Part shown: one piece after another, positions 9,378-18,245 of the stretch
Position numbering within the stretch: position 1 is the first letter of the stretch
Layout of the letters: each line of letters starts with the position of its first letter
From: an uncultured PS1 clade bacterium
GTDB taxonomy: Bacteria > Pseudomonadota > Gammaproteobacteria > PS1 > Pseudothioglobaceae
Direction of reading: 5' to 3'
DNA length: 61,933 nt
Assembly: GCA_938086805.1 (NCBI GenBank)
Contig: CALKDH010000023.1
Coordinates: 1-61,933, forward strand
Made by a program: the position numbers and the translations under genes
Notes under the pieces: model-generated
The model's input: only the letters and a program-made list of their open reading frames with translations
Database searches by the model: none
Told to the model about the DNA's origin: nothing

Positions 9378-11120
9378 ATGTCTAGTGAATCTGTATTAAT
9401 TGATATCGAATCTGATTTTATGAGATCACCCGAAAAGGTTATGCGCCTTGATAGAATGGGTTCTTCATTTCCTACTCGGCTGAGCTTCATGAGAACCCTC
9501 ATTAGGCGGATGTCTAAGGAGAACTGGCAATTTAAGAGGACGCTTCGAAAGGTTGATAAAGATGGATATGGCGTCAGTGTTTATTCTGCTATTACGCCAA
9601 AAAGAACTTACTCATTAATCGCATTCACGCAAGAGATACCTGCTGATATGAGAACAGACAGGGTTATTGCTGAGGTATGGGATGCGACATTCAGTCTCTT
9701 TGATGGTGTGCCGACGCAAGAGGATATTGATTATTTAGCTGAAAATACCCCCCTTCAGGAAGGTGGAAGATACAGGCCGAGTGAGCTTGTTTTGGCAAGA
9801 GCAAATAAAAGTCTAAGAGTCTTTGAAAACATAATCAGTGCTCTAGCTTCAGGTAATCAGCCTGATATTGAGTTGATATCTTCGGTTGGCTACCTAATGA
9901 GAACGACTGCGGTATATGGCAGTGGCAAATTTGGTTGTGCCGATAGAGCAAAGATTGCTGATCGACCTGAGTGCAGAGCACCATTTCAAATTGAATTATT
10001 GGCAGTCTATTTGATCCGATGGTTTACTATTGATTTGGTTGAAGAGCTTGCTAAGGAAAGGGGTGGAGAGACGGCGGTCCGTCTGGATCAAAACATTAGT
10101 AGATTCATTGGTGTTGGAAACTCAACTGGACTCGGGATGGCGCCTTTTTTACTGAAGCATCCAACCCTCATTCACAATTGGGTTGTTGCGAAAGAAACAG
10201 CATTAGCAAGAGTCAGGTCTATTGAAACTGCATTACCAGGAACCCTTGAGGTTTTCCTAAAATCTCTGCTTCAGGCGAGTCAACATATTGATGAATGGAA
10301 TGTTGCCGACGAAGTTCAAACAGCAAGAATTACTTGCCTGACTGATGAAATACAATCGCTTAGAATGTGGTGTGAAGATGAGTCAAATATTTTTAGACCT
10401 TATCCATGGAATGGAATTTATCAGTTTGTTGAGGACAACTTTTCTCTGGAGTGCCAAGAGATGATTGTTTCATTAATTATTGAGCCTCATGGCTCAATTG
10501 TGGATGACCTTGCAGACACAATGTCGACAACCACAATACCCAAATTTAAGGCAGCTATGAGCTTGGCTCAACTCAAGGAAGTTGTTGCTGATGCATACAA
10601 ATGGGCCACAACTATTGATTTTAGTTTAAAAGAATCCCAGCACCACTTTTGGTATTACTCAGAGGATAAATTAGAGCCAAGATTTGGATCGAAGGGTGTT
10701 GATGATGGCGTTGATCAAGAAATGCCGCTTGCAATTGGTCGTGATGTTCATGACTTAAATGAGGTATTAGCAAGCACTGATGAAGATATGCCGATAGGTG
10801 AATTTGCAATGAACTACCCTCAGTTTAGACATATTATTCGCCGAATTCAGAATACTTTTGAAAGACCTTATTCTGAAGTTCAAGATAATTTACTCAGTGA
10901 GTCTATGAGGCCGTTAGACTTATTGCGATTCAAATTGGCATTCTTTGGTGCCTCAAAGTTTGATCCAAAGTCTGATCTCTGGACTCGCATTTCGATGTAT
11001 CAGGGCGCTCCACTACCAGAGCAAATTCAAGATCCAAACCATGACTGCTGGTCTTTTCCAATTGCTGGGCGTTCTCAGTCTTACCCATGCATTAGTTGTT
11101 CATGCCAAAAAGCGATTTAA
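9378..11120 (+). CDS. Hypothetical protein of unknown function (~580 aa)
   Basis: Long ORF in operon with enzyme-like blocks RTDRVIA, RANKS, YLMRTTAVYGSGKFG, GVGNSTGLGMAPFL, FWYYSEDKLEPR. ATG at 9378 preferred. Confidence 0.85.
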   Translation: MSSESVLIDIESDFMRSPEKVMRLDRMGSSFPTRLSFMRTLIRRMSKENWQFKRTLRKVDKDGYGVSVYSAITPKRTYSLIAFTQEIPADMRTDRVIAEVWDATFSLFDGVPTQEDIDYLAENTPLQEGGRYRPSELVLARANKSLRVFENIISALASGNQPDIELISSVGYLMRTTAVYGSGKFGCADRAKIADRPECRAPFQIELLAVYLIRWFTIDLVEELAKERGGETAVRLDQNISRFIGVGNSTGLGMAPFLLKHPTLIHNWVVAKETALARVRSIETALPGTLEVFLKSLLQASQHIDEWNVADEVQTARITCLTDEIQSLRMWCEDESNIFRPYPWNGIYQFVEDNFSLECQEMIVSLIIEPHGSIVDDLADTMSTTTIPKFKAAMSLAQLKEVVADAYKWATTIDFSLKESQHHFWYYSEDKLEPRFGSKGVDDGVDQEMPLAIGRDVHDLNEVLASTDEDMPIGEFAMNYPQFRHIIRRIQNTFERPYSEVQDNLLSESMRPLDLLRFKLAFFGASKFDPKSDLWTRISMYQGAPLPEQIQDPNHDCWSFPIAGRSQSYPCISCSCQKAI

Positions 11121-11833
11121 CGATTTCGTTAAACGAAGTTCTGTTTTATTTCACTCGTGCAGGGTTTGGTGTTAAAGCACCTATTGGTGTTTCAGAAGAT
11201 TTTGCAAGAAGTAATATTTGGGCTGCACAAAATGGCTTTGATCCATCCGAGTGCAGTATTCTAGCGCTGGATAATCTTGATCTAAAAAAAAGTAGCCTTT
11301 CAATCAAATTTGAAAAAAATAGTGAGAGTAGTCATCTTTTTTGCACAGAAGAAAAGGTATTGTCATCTTTGGAGGCTTCAGTAAGCTGTGTTGACTGGAT
11401 TGAATTTAATGGCCTTGATGGTGAGCTAAAAATATCTAATGTTGACTGCCCTTTTCTCATTATTGCCTCTCTTGGAGCGAGTCAGTGTTCAGGGGTCAAG
11501 GTATCGTGGACAGATCAAGACAACAATAGTTTTGAAGTAAATTTCATTGATGATGTTAAATGGGAAATGATCTCTTCTTCAGAGGCTTCAATAGAGTTGA
11601 GCCATTATGCTGATGTTTATATTTCCTCTTTGGATGCTGTCAAATCTAAGATTCAAAATGGAAATAACAAAATATTTAATCTTGAAAATGAAAAGCTAAA
11701 AGTCCTGAACAATGGAGTCAAAGTTGGAGAAAAATGGCCAGAAATCTATGAGTATTTTTCTCGATGTCTCGTTAAATCAAGCGCAGAATCAAGAGCTTCT
11801 GGCGCAGGCGCAGGTCTAGTTGATACTGATTAA
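11102..11833 (+). CDS. DUF3726-like protein
   Basis: N-terminal SLNEV...RAG and C-terminal ESRASGAGAGLVDTD, as recalled for DUF3726. Confidence 0.7.
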   Translation: MPKSDLTISLNEVLFYFTRAGFGVKAPIGVSEDFARSNIWAAQNGFDPSECSILALDNLDLKKSSLSIKFEKNSESSHLFCTEEKVLSSLEASVSCVDWIEFNGLDGELKISNVDCPFLIIASLGASQCSGVKVSWTDQDNNSFEVNFIDDVKWEMISSSEASIELSHYADVYISSLDAVKSKIQNGNNKIFNLENEKLKVLNNGVKVGEKWPEIYEYFSRCLVKSSAESRASGAGAGLVDTD

Positions 11834-11834
11834 A

Positions 11835-13214
11835 TTAGCACTCAATAAAGCTTACTGCTAAACCGCCGAGCGATGTCTCTTTATACTTGTTAGACATATC
11901 AAGGCCTGTCCTCTTCATGGCTGCAATGCATTGGTCTAGTGATATTAAGTGCTCACCGCTCTCTCTTAAGGAGAGTGAGCTTGCTGTATAGGCTTTAACA
12001 GCTCCAAAGCCATTTCTTTCAATACATGGAACCTGAACAAGTCCCTTTACTGGATCACAAGTCATACCGATATGATGTTCAAGAGCCATCTCAGCAGCAT
12101 TTTCAATTTGCTCACTTGTGCCACCTCTTGCAGCGCACAAGCCTGCGGCTGCCATAGATGATGCAGAGCCAACCTCACCCTGACATCCAACTTCCGCTCC
12201 AGAAATTGAACTATTATGTTTGATTAGGCCGCCAATAGCAGAGGCTGATAAAAGGAATTGCCTGATCTGCTCTGGCGTAGCTGCCTTGTGCTTGTAGTAA
12301 TAGTATAGAGTCGCCGGTACAACCCCTGCAGCGCCATTAGTAGGAGCTGTAACTACCATATGTCCAGCAGCATTTTCTTCATTAACAGCCATGGCATATG
12401 CGCACAGCCAGTCGCTAGAGCCAGCATTTTCTTTATCATTTTGAAGGCTCTCATGTAATTGCTTTGCTCGCCTTTTGGTATTAAGTCCTCCAGGCAAAAT
12501 CCCCTCAGTTGTTAGGCCTCTCTCAACACAGGTTTTCATTGCATTCCAAATTTTATCTAGCTCTTGATTCAGTATCTTTTCTGGAATATTTTCTAGCTCA
12601 TTGGCTTGCTTCATTTCCCAAATCGTTTTGTTATGTTCTTTTGACATTTCAAGCATTTGATCTGAGTTGTCAAATGGATATGGATAGGCTGAACTTGGCT
12701 CTGCAGCAATTGGTGCTTCAACATTATCAATTTCTTCCAAGGTAGATATAAAGCCACCCCCTATTGAAAAATAGGTGTTTGAAATTAGCAAGTTATCAGA
12801 TTTATCGAGTAGTTCAAAAACAATACCATTTGGGTGTTGCTTTAATGAGTTGCGAGTATCGAAAATAATATCCTCTTCAGCAAAGAAGTTTGCTTGCATG
12901 TCATCATTAATTTTTATAGACTTTGAATTCCATGTTCGGTCAATGACCTCATCCATATTCTCATCAATTATGGTATTTGGGAGGTAGCCATGAAGGCCTA
13001 ATACGACTGCCCTATCGGTAGCATGACCGACACCAGTATAAGCTAATGAATCTTTTAAAGTGCATCTAACATGATAGCCATTGTTGCTAGGATTTGTATC
13101 AATAAAATGACGCACATCACTTAGAAATGCATTAGCCGCAACCATAGGGCCCATAGTATGTGAACTAGAGGGTCCAATACCAACTTTAAATAGGTCTAAA
13201 ACACTGATAAACAT
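11835..13214 (-). CDS. sdaA: L-serine ammonia-lyase, Fe-S dependent
   Basis: GIGPSSSHTMGPM, VTAPTNGAAG, GAEVGCQGEVG, GMTCDPVKGLVQVPCIERN, KYKETSLGGL. Confidence 0.95.
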   Translation of the reverse strand: MFISVLDLFKVGIGPSSSHTMGPMVAANAFLSDVRHFIDTNPSNNGYHVRCTLKDSLAYTGVGHATDRAVVLGLHGYLPNTIIDENMDEVIDRTWNSKSIKINDDMQANFFAEEDIIFDTRNSLKQHPNGIVFELLDKSDNLLISNTYFSIGGGFISTLEEIDNVEAPIAAEPSSAYPYPFDNSDQMLEMSKEHNKTIWEMKQANELENIPEKILNQELDKIWNAMKTCVERGLTTEGILPGGLNTKRRAKQLHESLQNDKENAGSSDWLCAYAMAVNEENAAGHMVVTAPTNGAAGVVPATLYYYYKHKAATPEQIRQFLLSASAIGGLIKHNSSISGAEVGCQGEVGSASSMAAAGLCAARGGTSEQIENAAEMALEHHIGMTCDPVKGLVQVPCIERNGFGAVKAYTASSLSLRESGEHLISLDQCIAAMKRTGLDMSNKYKETSLGGLAVSFIEC

Positions 13215-13282
13215 GGTAAATTTAAGGATACAAAAAATGCCATTCTACATTATGAAACAAATTTTAACTCTTAAAAAATTCA

Positions 13283-14365
13283 CTAAATGTTGAATTGTTT
13301 TATGGCATTTTGATTAAAAGTAAAACCTGTCCCAGGCCTCTCTGGAATAACAATATGTCCATCTATGATATCCATTGGTTCATTAAAAAGCCTCTCAAAC
13401 CATGGCATATGTTCAACTGATATACAGTTTTCTTCAGATCCAGCAACGCAAAGACTTTGCTCTGTAAAAATATGTGTTGATATTGGAACTTTGAAAGTAG
13501 AAGCCAGTTGGGCTGTTGCTTTCATTTTTGAGATCCCTCCAATTCTTTGAAGATCCGGCATCACAATATCACATCCTCTTGCATCTAACATTTTATAAAC
13601 ACCCTCAATAGAATATTCGTTTTCACACGAAGCGATAGGTATTGCCACTTGCTTTTTAACCTTTGCATGTCCTTTGTAATCATAAGCATTAACTGGCTCT
13701 TCCAGCCAGATTAAATCATACTCTTCCAGAGCTTTTCCCAGTGTAATAGCATCATCAGTATTGAGACCCTGATTAACATCAGCCATCAGTTCAACTTCTT
13801 GACCAATTGCTTTTCTAAGCTCTCTAACACGCTCTATATCGACAGAATTGTTACCACTACCAACCCTAATCTTCATTGCTAAAAATCCTTGACGTAAAAA
13901 TTCATGAGCTTCATTAATTATTGAGTCAATAGATTGGGATAACCACAATCCTCCACTGGCATAGGTTTTAACTTTTGTATGATGAATGCCAAATAGTCTA
14001 TGTAAAGGCAAATTATTCGCTTTTCCATTGATATCCCATAGAGCAGTATCAAGCGTTGATAGAGCAGCAATGCTAATACTATCTCTGCCTATGGAGTCTA
14101 TTGCAAGATTTATCTTTTTCAAGATAGATGGCATTAATAAAGGGTCCTGACCAATCAATAAAGAAGCAACTTTAGAGAGCCGCTCATTATAAATTTTGAT
14201 GTTTTTAGCATTCAAACTAAATAAATATCCCTCACCTGAAATCCCCCTGTCTGTCTTGATAGTGAGAAGTACGCATCCAACTGATCTCATAGTATGAATG
14301 GCAGTTGTTATAGTATTCTCAAATGGTATTTCGATAATTTGCGTCTTTATTGCATCAATATTCAA
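13283..14365 (-). CDS. Mandelate racemase/muconate lactonizing enzyme (enolase superfamily) protein
   Basis: DTALWDINGK, KIR in place of KxK, metal ligands D (ADVNQ), E (LEEP), E (CENE), and His in STH. TTG start with AAGGGA upstream. Confidence 0.85.
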   Translation of the reverse strand: MNIDAIKTQIIEIPFENTITTAIHTMRSVGCVLLTIKTDRGISGEGYLFSLNAKNIKIYNERLSKVASLLIGQDPLLMPSILKKINLAIDSIGRDSISIAALSTLDTALWDINGKANNLPLHRLFGIHHTKVKTYASGGLWLSQSIDSIINEAHEFLRQGFLAMKIRVGSGNNSVDIERVRELRKAIGQEVELMADVNQGLNTDDAITLGKALEEYDLIWLEEPVNAYDYKGHAKVKKQVAIPIASCENEYSIEGVYKMLDARGCDIVMPDLQRIGGISKMKATAQLASTFKVPISTHIFTEQSLCVAGSEENCISVEHMPWFERLFNEPMDIIDGHIVIPERPGTGFTFNQNAIKQFNI

Positions 14366-14530
14366 AATTCATCCCTTAATTTGATTAGTATTTAAATATT
14401 AATATTTTGATATTATATTGTTGATTTGTCCTATTTATATCGAATTAGTTAATTTATAAATCATATTTTTATCAAGTCAAATATTTATTTAAAAGGTATA
14501 TTAGAAATTTTTTATGAATAAATTCATGAT

Positions 14531-15268
14531 ATGAGTAAAGAGAAAAATAATCTTCATTTGCAACAAGAGCAGATAAGAATAGATTTAGCTGCCATGTTTA
14601 GATTAACCGCAATGCATGGGTGGGACGATACAATTTGGAATCATATTACTGCGAGAGTTCCAGGATCTGAGCATCATTTTTATATGCATCGTTTTGGGCT
14701 ATCTTATGAAGAGGTTTGTGCGTCTAACTTAATCAAGGTTGATGAAGAGGGAAATGTTCTTGAGGGGCCAAAGGATGTTAATACCGCAGGATTTATAATC
14801 CATAGTGCAATTCACTTAAATCATCCTAACAATAAATTTGTCTTTCATGCGCATCCGCCCAGTGCTATTGCAGCAACTGCTTTTAAGGAGATCCCTTTTC
14901 TTGTTCAAGACTCTTCAATGTTATTTGGCAAAATTGGTTATCACGAATGGGAGGGATTATCTGTTGATCCAGATGAAAGACTAAGGATTGCAAAAAATTT
15001 AGGCAATAACTCTTGCCTTGTAATGAGAAACCATGGTTTTTTAACTGTAGGAGAGACAGCTGGCCAATGCTTTATGAATATGTATTATTTGATTCGGATG
15101 TGTGAAGTTGCACTCTCAGCAACTGCGTCAAAGATAGAGGTAGACTCTGGTTTAGAGCAGCTATGGCCAATTGCTTCTAAGCAATACGAGGCATTTAAGC
15201 CTGGTTTATATGAATGGCCCGCATTATTGCGCAGATGTGATCGACTTGACTCGTCCTATAAAGAGTAA
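14531..15268 (+). CDS. Class II aldolase/adducin family protein
   Basis: NHITARVP, AGFIIHSAIH, FHAH, MRNHG. Confidence 0.88.
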   Translation: MSKEKNNLHLQQEQIRIDLAAMFRLTAMHGWDDTIWNHITARVPGSEHHFYMHRFGLSYEEVCASNLIKVDEEGNVLEGPKDVNTAGFIIHSAIHLNHPNNKFVFHAHPPSAIAATAFKEIPFLVQDSSMLFGKIGYHEWEGLSVDPDERLRIAKNLGNNSCLVMRNHGFLTVGETAGQCFMNMYYLIRMCEVALSATASKIEVDSGLEQLWPIASKQYEAFKPGLYEWPALLRRCDRLDSSYKE

Positions 15269-15275
15269 AAAGATA

Positions 15276-16160
15276 ATGAAAAATAATTCGGCACCATCGG
15301 CTTTTAGTTCTTTTGAAATTCGATTAGAAGAGTTTGTCGATTTAGAAGAATTCCCTATTCACGATTTGACGAGTCCAATAAGGGAGATGCTCGTTAATGA
15401 TTGTCGTAAAGATCTAGAGAAATGGGGATGTGCACATATCCCTAATTTTATTACTAGTTCAGCAGTACAAAAAATGAGGGATGAAGCCTTTAGGCTTATT
15501 AATGATTCTCGAAGAGCTCACAAATTTGTAAACCCTTATCTAACCGAAGATGATATTACATTGCCTATAGACCATCCGAAGCGATTTTTTGAAGAACGAA
15601 CATCTTCTTTTATAAATTCCGATTTGCTAGATAGAGATTCTATACTGCGCAAGATATACGATTCTGATGTAATGGTACATTTTGTATCTGACTGTTTGAA
15701 TGTAGGACCAATTTATCGTTGGGCTGAACCCCTTGGTAGAAATCCATATAGCGTCATGCATGATGGTGACTACTTTCCCTGGCATTTCGATGGAAATGAC
15801 TTCACAGTGAGTATATTGGTTAATGAGTCAATAGATGGGGGTGACTTTGAATATGCTCCGGATATCCGCACACCAAAAAATGAAAATTTTGAAGACGTTA
15901 AGAGTGTTTTGCATGGCCAACGAGACAAAGTGAGAGTTTTGAGTTTAAAAAATGGTGATATTCAGATATTTAAAGGCCGCTATTCTCTTCACAGGGTCAC
16001 AAAAACCAAAGGAAAAGAGCCTAGAATCATAGCTCTTCCAACTTATGTGACAAATCCATATTTAGTAAATAGACCGCATCATGCTGAAGCATTCTATGGT
16101 CGTTCAATGCCGATTCATCATGAACGCAACCTTGAACGAATAGATAAATTAACTGATTGA
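15276..16160 (+). CDS. Fe(II)/2-oxoglutarate oxygenase, BesD/HalD-like with HxD triad (hydroxylase type)
   Basis: PWHFD...GGDFEYAPDIR...GDIQIFKGRYSLHRVT. ATG at 15276 lies 7 nt after the aldolase stop. Confidence 0.75.
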   Translation: MKNNSAPSAFSSFEIRLEEFVDLEEFPIHDLTSPIREMLVNDCRKDLEKWGCAHIPNFITSSAVQKMRDEAFRLINDSRRAHKFVNPYLTEDDITLPIDHPKRFFEERTSSFINSDLLDRDSILRKIYDSDVMVHFVSDCLNVGPIYRWAEPLGRNPYSVMHDGDYFPWHFDGNDFTVSILVNESIDGGDFEYAPDIRTPKNENFEDVKSVLHGQRDKVRVLSLKNGDIQIFKGRYSLHRVTKTKGKEPRIIALPTYVTNPYLVNRPHHAEAFYGRSMPIHHERNLERIDKLTD

Positions 16161-16169
16161 GGTTAGATC

Positions 16170-17069
16170 ATGAATATAGGTTTTATTGGTTTAGGAAATA
16201 TGGGTGCCGGAATGGCTAATAATTTATTGAATCATTGCAATAATTCAAATGATAAGTTGTTTGTTTTGGATCTTAATGAAATAGTCGTATCTGACTTTGA
16301 AGCTCGAGGTGCCTTCAACGGAGAGAGTGTATCAAAGATGTGTCCTCAGTGCGATGTGCTGTTCACTTCTCTTCCAAGCTCTAAAGAAGTTAATCTTTTA
16401 GCGTTTGGAACTGAAGGCATACTGCATAATTTAAAGCAAGGTGCTACCTGGTTTGAAACCTCAACAAACGAATTGTCAGAGTGGGAGAAAGTTAGAAAAA
16501 GCGCCCCAACTCACCTAACGTTAGTTGATTCTCCAGTAAGTGGAGGATCTGAGGGTGCCACTGCAGGAACCTTAACTATGTTTCTTGGTATTGACAAAGA
16601 AGTTTTAAAAAAGTTTGAGACATTGTTAAAAGTTTTTTCTAGTAATTTGCTTTGTATGGGCCCTTCAGGATCTGGATACGTTACAAAATTAGTTCAGCTT
16701 CATCTCAACTATCTTGTTGCGCAAGGTATTGGCGAAACTTTAATGATGGGAGCTAAGGCAAACTTAGACTTAAATACTTTGCATTCAGTCCTAATTAATA
16801 GCTGTTCACAAAGTTATGTAGTTGAAAACTACATACCAAAAGTTCTTGACGGTAGTTATGATGATTCGTTTTCTTTGGGACTGGCTGAAAAAGATATTAA
16901 GCTCATTGTTGAACTTGGGCGTCATCTGGGTATTTCAATGCCACTAGGTGAAAAGGTATATAAAACCTATCAAGAGGCAAAAATGAAATACGGTGAAGAA
17001 TCGCCGCATTTAAGTGTAGTTAGATTAATTGAAGAAAAACATAACCAAAAATTGAGAAAGAAAAATTAA
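16170..17069 (+). CDS. NAD(P)-dependent oxidoreductase, 3-hydroxyisobutyrate dehydrogenase family
   Basis: GFIGLGNMG, DSPVSGG, catalytic Lys in VTKL, FSLGLAEKD. Confidence 0.88.
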   Translation: MNIGFIGLGNMGAGMANNLLNHCNNSNDKLFVLDLNEIVVSDFEARGAFNGESVSKMCPQCDVLFTSLPSSKEVNLLAFGTEGILHNLKQGATWFETSTNELSEWEKVRKSAPTHLTLVDSPVSGGSEGATAGTLTMFLGIDKEVLKKFETLLKVFSSNLLCMGPSGSGYVTKLVQLHLNYLVAQGIGETLMMGAKANLDLNTLHSVLINSCSQSYVVENYIPKVLDGSYDDSFSLGLAEKDIKLIVELGRHLGISMPLGEKVYKTYQEAKMKYGEESPHLSVVRLIEEKHNQKLRKKN

Positions 17070-17075
17070 AGAAGC

Positions 17076-17159
17076 AGACTTAAATAAATGGTTCTCGTAA
17101 ATGAGATTGGTATTGAACTACTCAGCCATTATCCATTCGAGGATAGTTTGCTTAACTAA
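17076..17159 (+). pseudogene. Remnant of the C-terminus of an M24 metallopeptidase (DddP/Xaa-Pro-like)
   Basis: Frame reads RLK*MVLVNEIGIELLSHYPFEDSLLN*. This resembles the M24 C-terminal pattern (K)LEE(M/Q)VL(V/I)TExG.E.LS.YPF(E/D)..LL, with GAA->AAA and GAA->TAA decay. Confidence 0.55.
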
Positions 17160-17203
17160 TCAATTATAATAACTCAAACTCAAAATTAAATAACAAATAA
17201 GTT

Positions 17204-18214
17204 ATGTCAAAAAACGTGCAATTTAATCGACTTCACGATCTTCTTGACAGAATTAATGGAGTTAATTCCGGCAATATTAAGGCTGAAGATAAACCGGAAT
17301 TATCTGATCAGTTTGCAGCTTATATTTTGTGGCTTGATAGTGAGCCAATGATTCCTGAGAGAACCTATAGTATTCATTTCCAGAATGAAAGCACTTTTGT
17401 CCAGGTAACAGATCTTAGCTTCAAGATTAATATCAAAACACTGAGCCAGCTCGCAGCTAAAAAGCTTGAGCAAGATGAAGTAGGCTATTGTAAGTTATCA
17501 CTGAGTCAAAGAGTGTCTTTTGATGCTTATAGTGACAACCAACAAACTGGCACTTTTACAATTTTTGATACTACAAATAAGTCACTGATTGGTGCTGGAG
17601 TAATTGATTTTGCTTTAAGGCGAGCTCAAAATATTAGCTGGCATGAGACAAATATTAATCAAGAGACTCGCTCTAAAAATAAACATCAAAAGCCATGTGT
17701 ACTATGGTTTACTGGTCTTTCGGGCTCTGGAAAATCAACTATTGCTGATGAGCTTGAGAAACAGCTTTATGAGCTTGGGAAACACACGATGCTACTTGAT
17801 GGTGACAATGTTCGTCATGGCCTCAATAGAGACTTAGGATTCACAGACCAAGATAGGGTTGAGAATATTAGAAGGATTGCAGAGGTTTCAAAGCTCATGG
17901 TTTCATCAGGATTAATTACCATTGTTTCTTTTATCTCGCCTTTTCGTGCAGAGCGATCAATGGCGAGGACTTTATTCAATGATGACGAGTTTATTGAGGT
18001 CTTCATTGACACTCCTATCGAGGTCTGTGAAGCCAGAGACTCCAAGGGCTTATACAAAAAAGCAAGGGCTGGACAATTAAAAAACTTCACAGGTATTGAC
18101 TCTGACTATGAGAAACCTGTAATGCCAGAAATTGCCCTTCAAAATAGTGACGCAAATATCGATGATCTTGTGAATAACATTCTTGATTATCTTAGAGCAA
18201 ACTCAAAGATATAA
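17204..18214 (+). CDS. cysC: Adenylyl-sulfate kinase fused to CysN domain III only (truncated CysNC)
   Basis: WFTGLSGSGKST, LDGDNVRHGL, FISPF, FTGIDS. The N-terminal part (DQFAAYILWL...TGTFTIFD...GAGVI) resembles CysN domain III; the GTPase domain is absent. Confidence 0.85.
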   Translation: MSKNVQFNRLHDLLDRINGVNSGNIKAEDKPELSDQFAAYILWLDSEPMIPERTYSIHFQNESTFVQVTDLSFKINIKTLSQLAAKKLEQDEVGYCKLSLSQRVSFDAYSDNQQTGTFTIFDTTNKSLIGAGVIDFALRRAQNISWHETNINQETRSKNKHQKPCVLWFTGLSGSGKSTIADELEKQLYELGKHTMLLDGDNVRHGLNRDLGFTDQDRVENIRRIAEVSKLMVSSGLITIVSFISPFRAERSMARTLFNDDEFIEVFIDTPIEVCEARDSKGLYKKARAGQLKNFTGIDSDYEKPVMPEIALQNSDANIDDLVNNILDYLRANSKI

Positions 18215-18245
18215 TAATTAATTAACTATTTAATTAGCATCTACA

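Noticed and set aside
11066-11120. Cys-rich tail (PCISCSC) of the ~580 aa protein as a metal site
   Set aside because: It lies where the gene runs into the next one and may be an incidental extension; conservation cannot be shown here.
14514-14527. ATGAAT-aa-ATTCAT palindrome as a regulon motif shared with the gcvT and pfk spacers
   Set aside because: Half-site spacing differs among the three sites and the DNA is extremely AT-rich, so chance is likely.
15276-16160. Calling the BesD-like protein a halogenase
   Set aside because: The facial triad is H-F-D, so the carboxylate is present; halogenases have Gly or Ala there.
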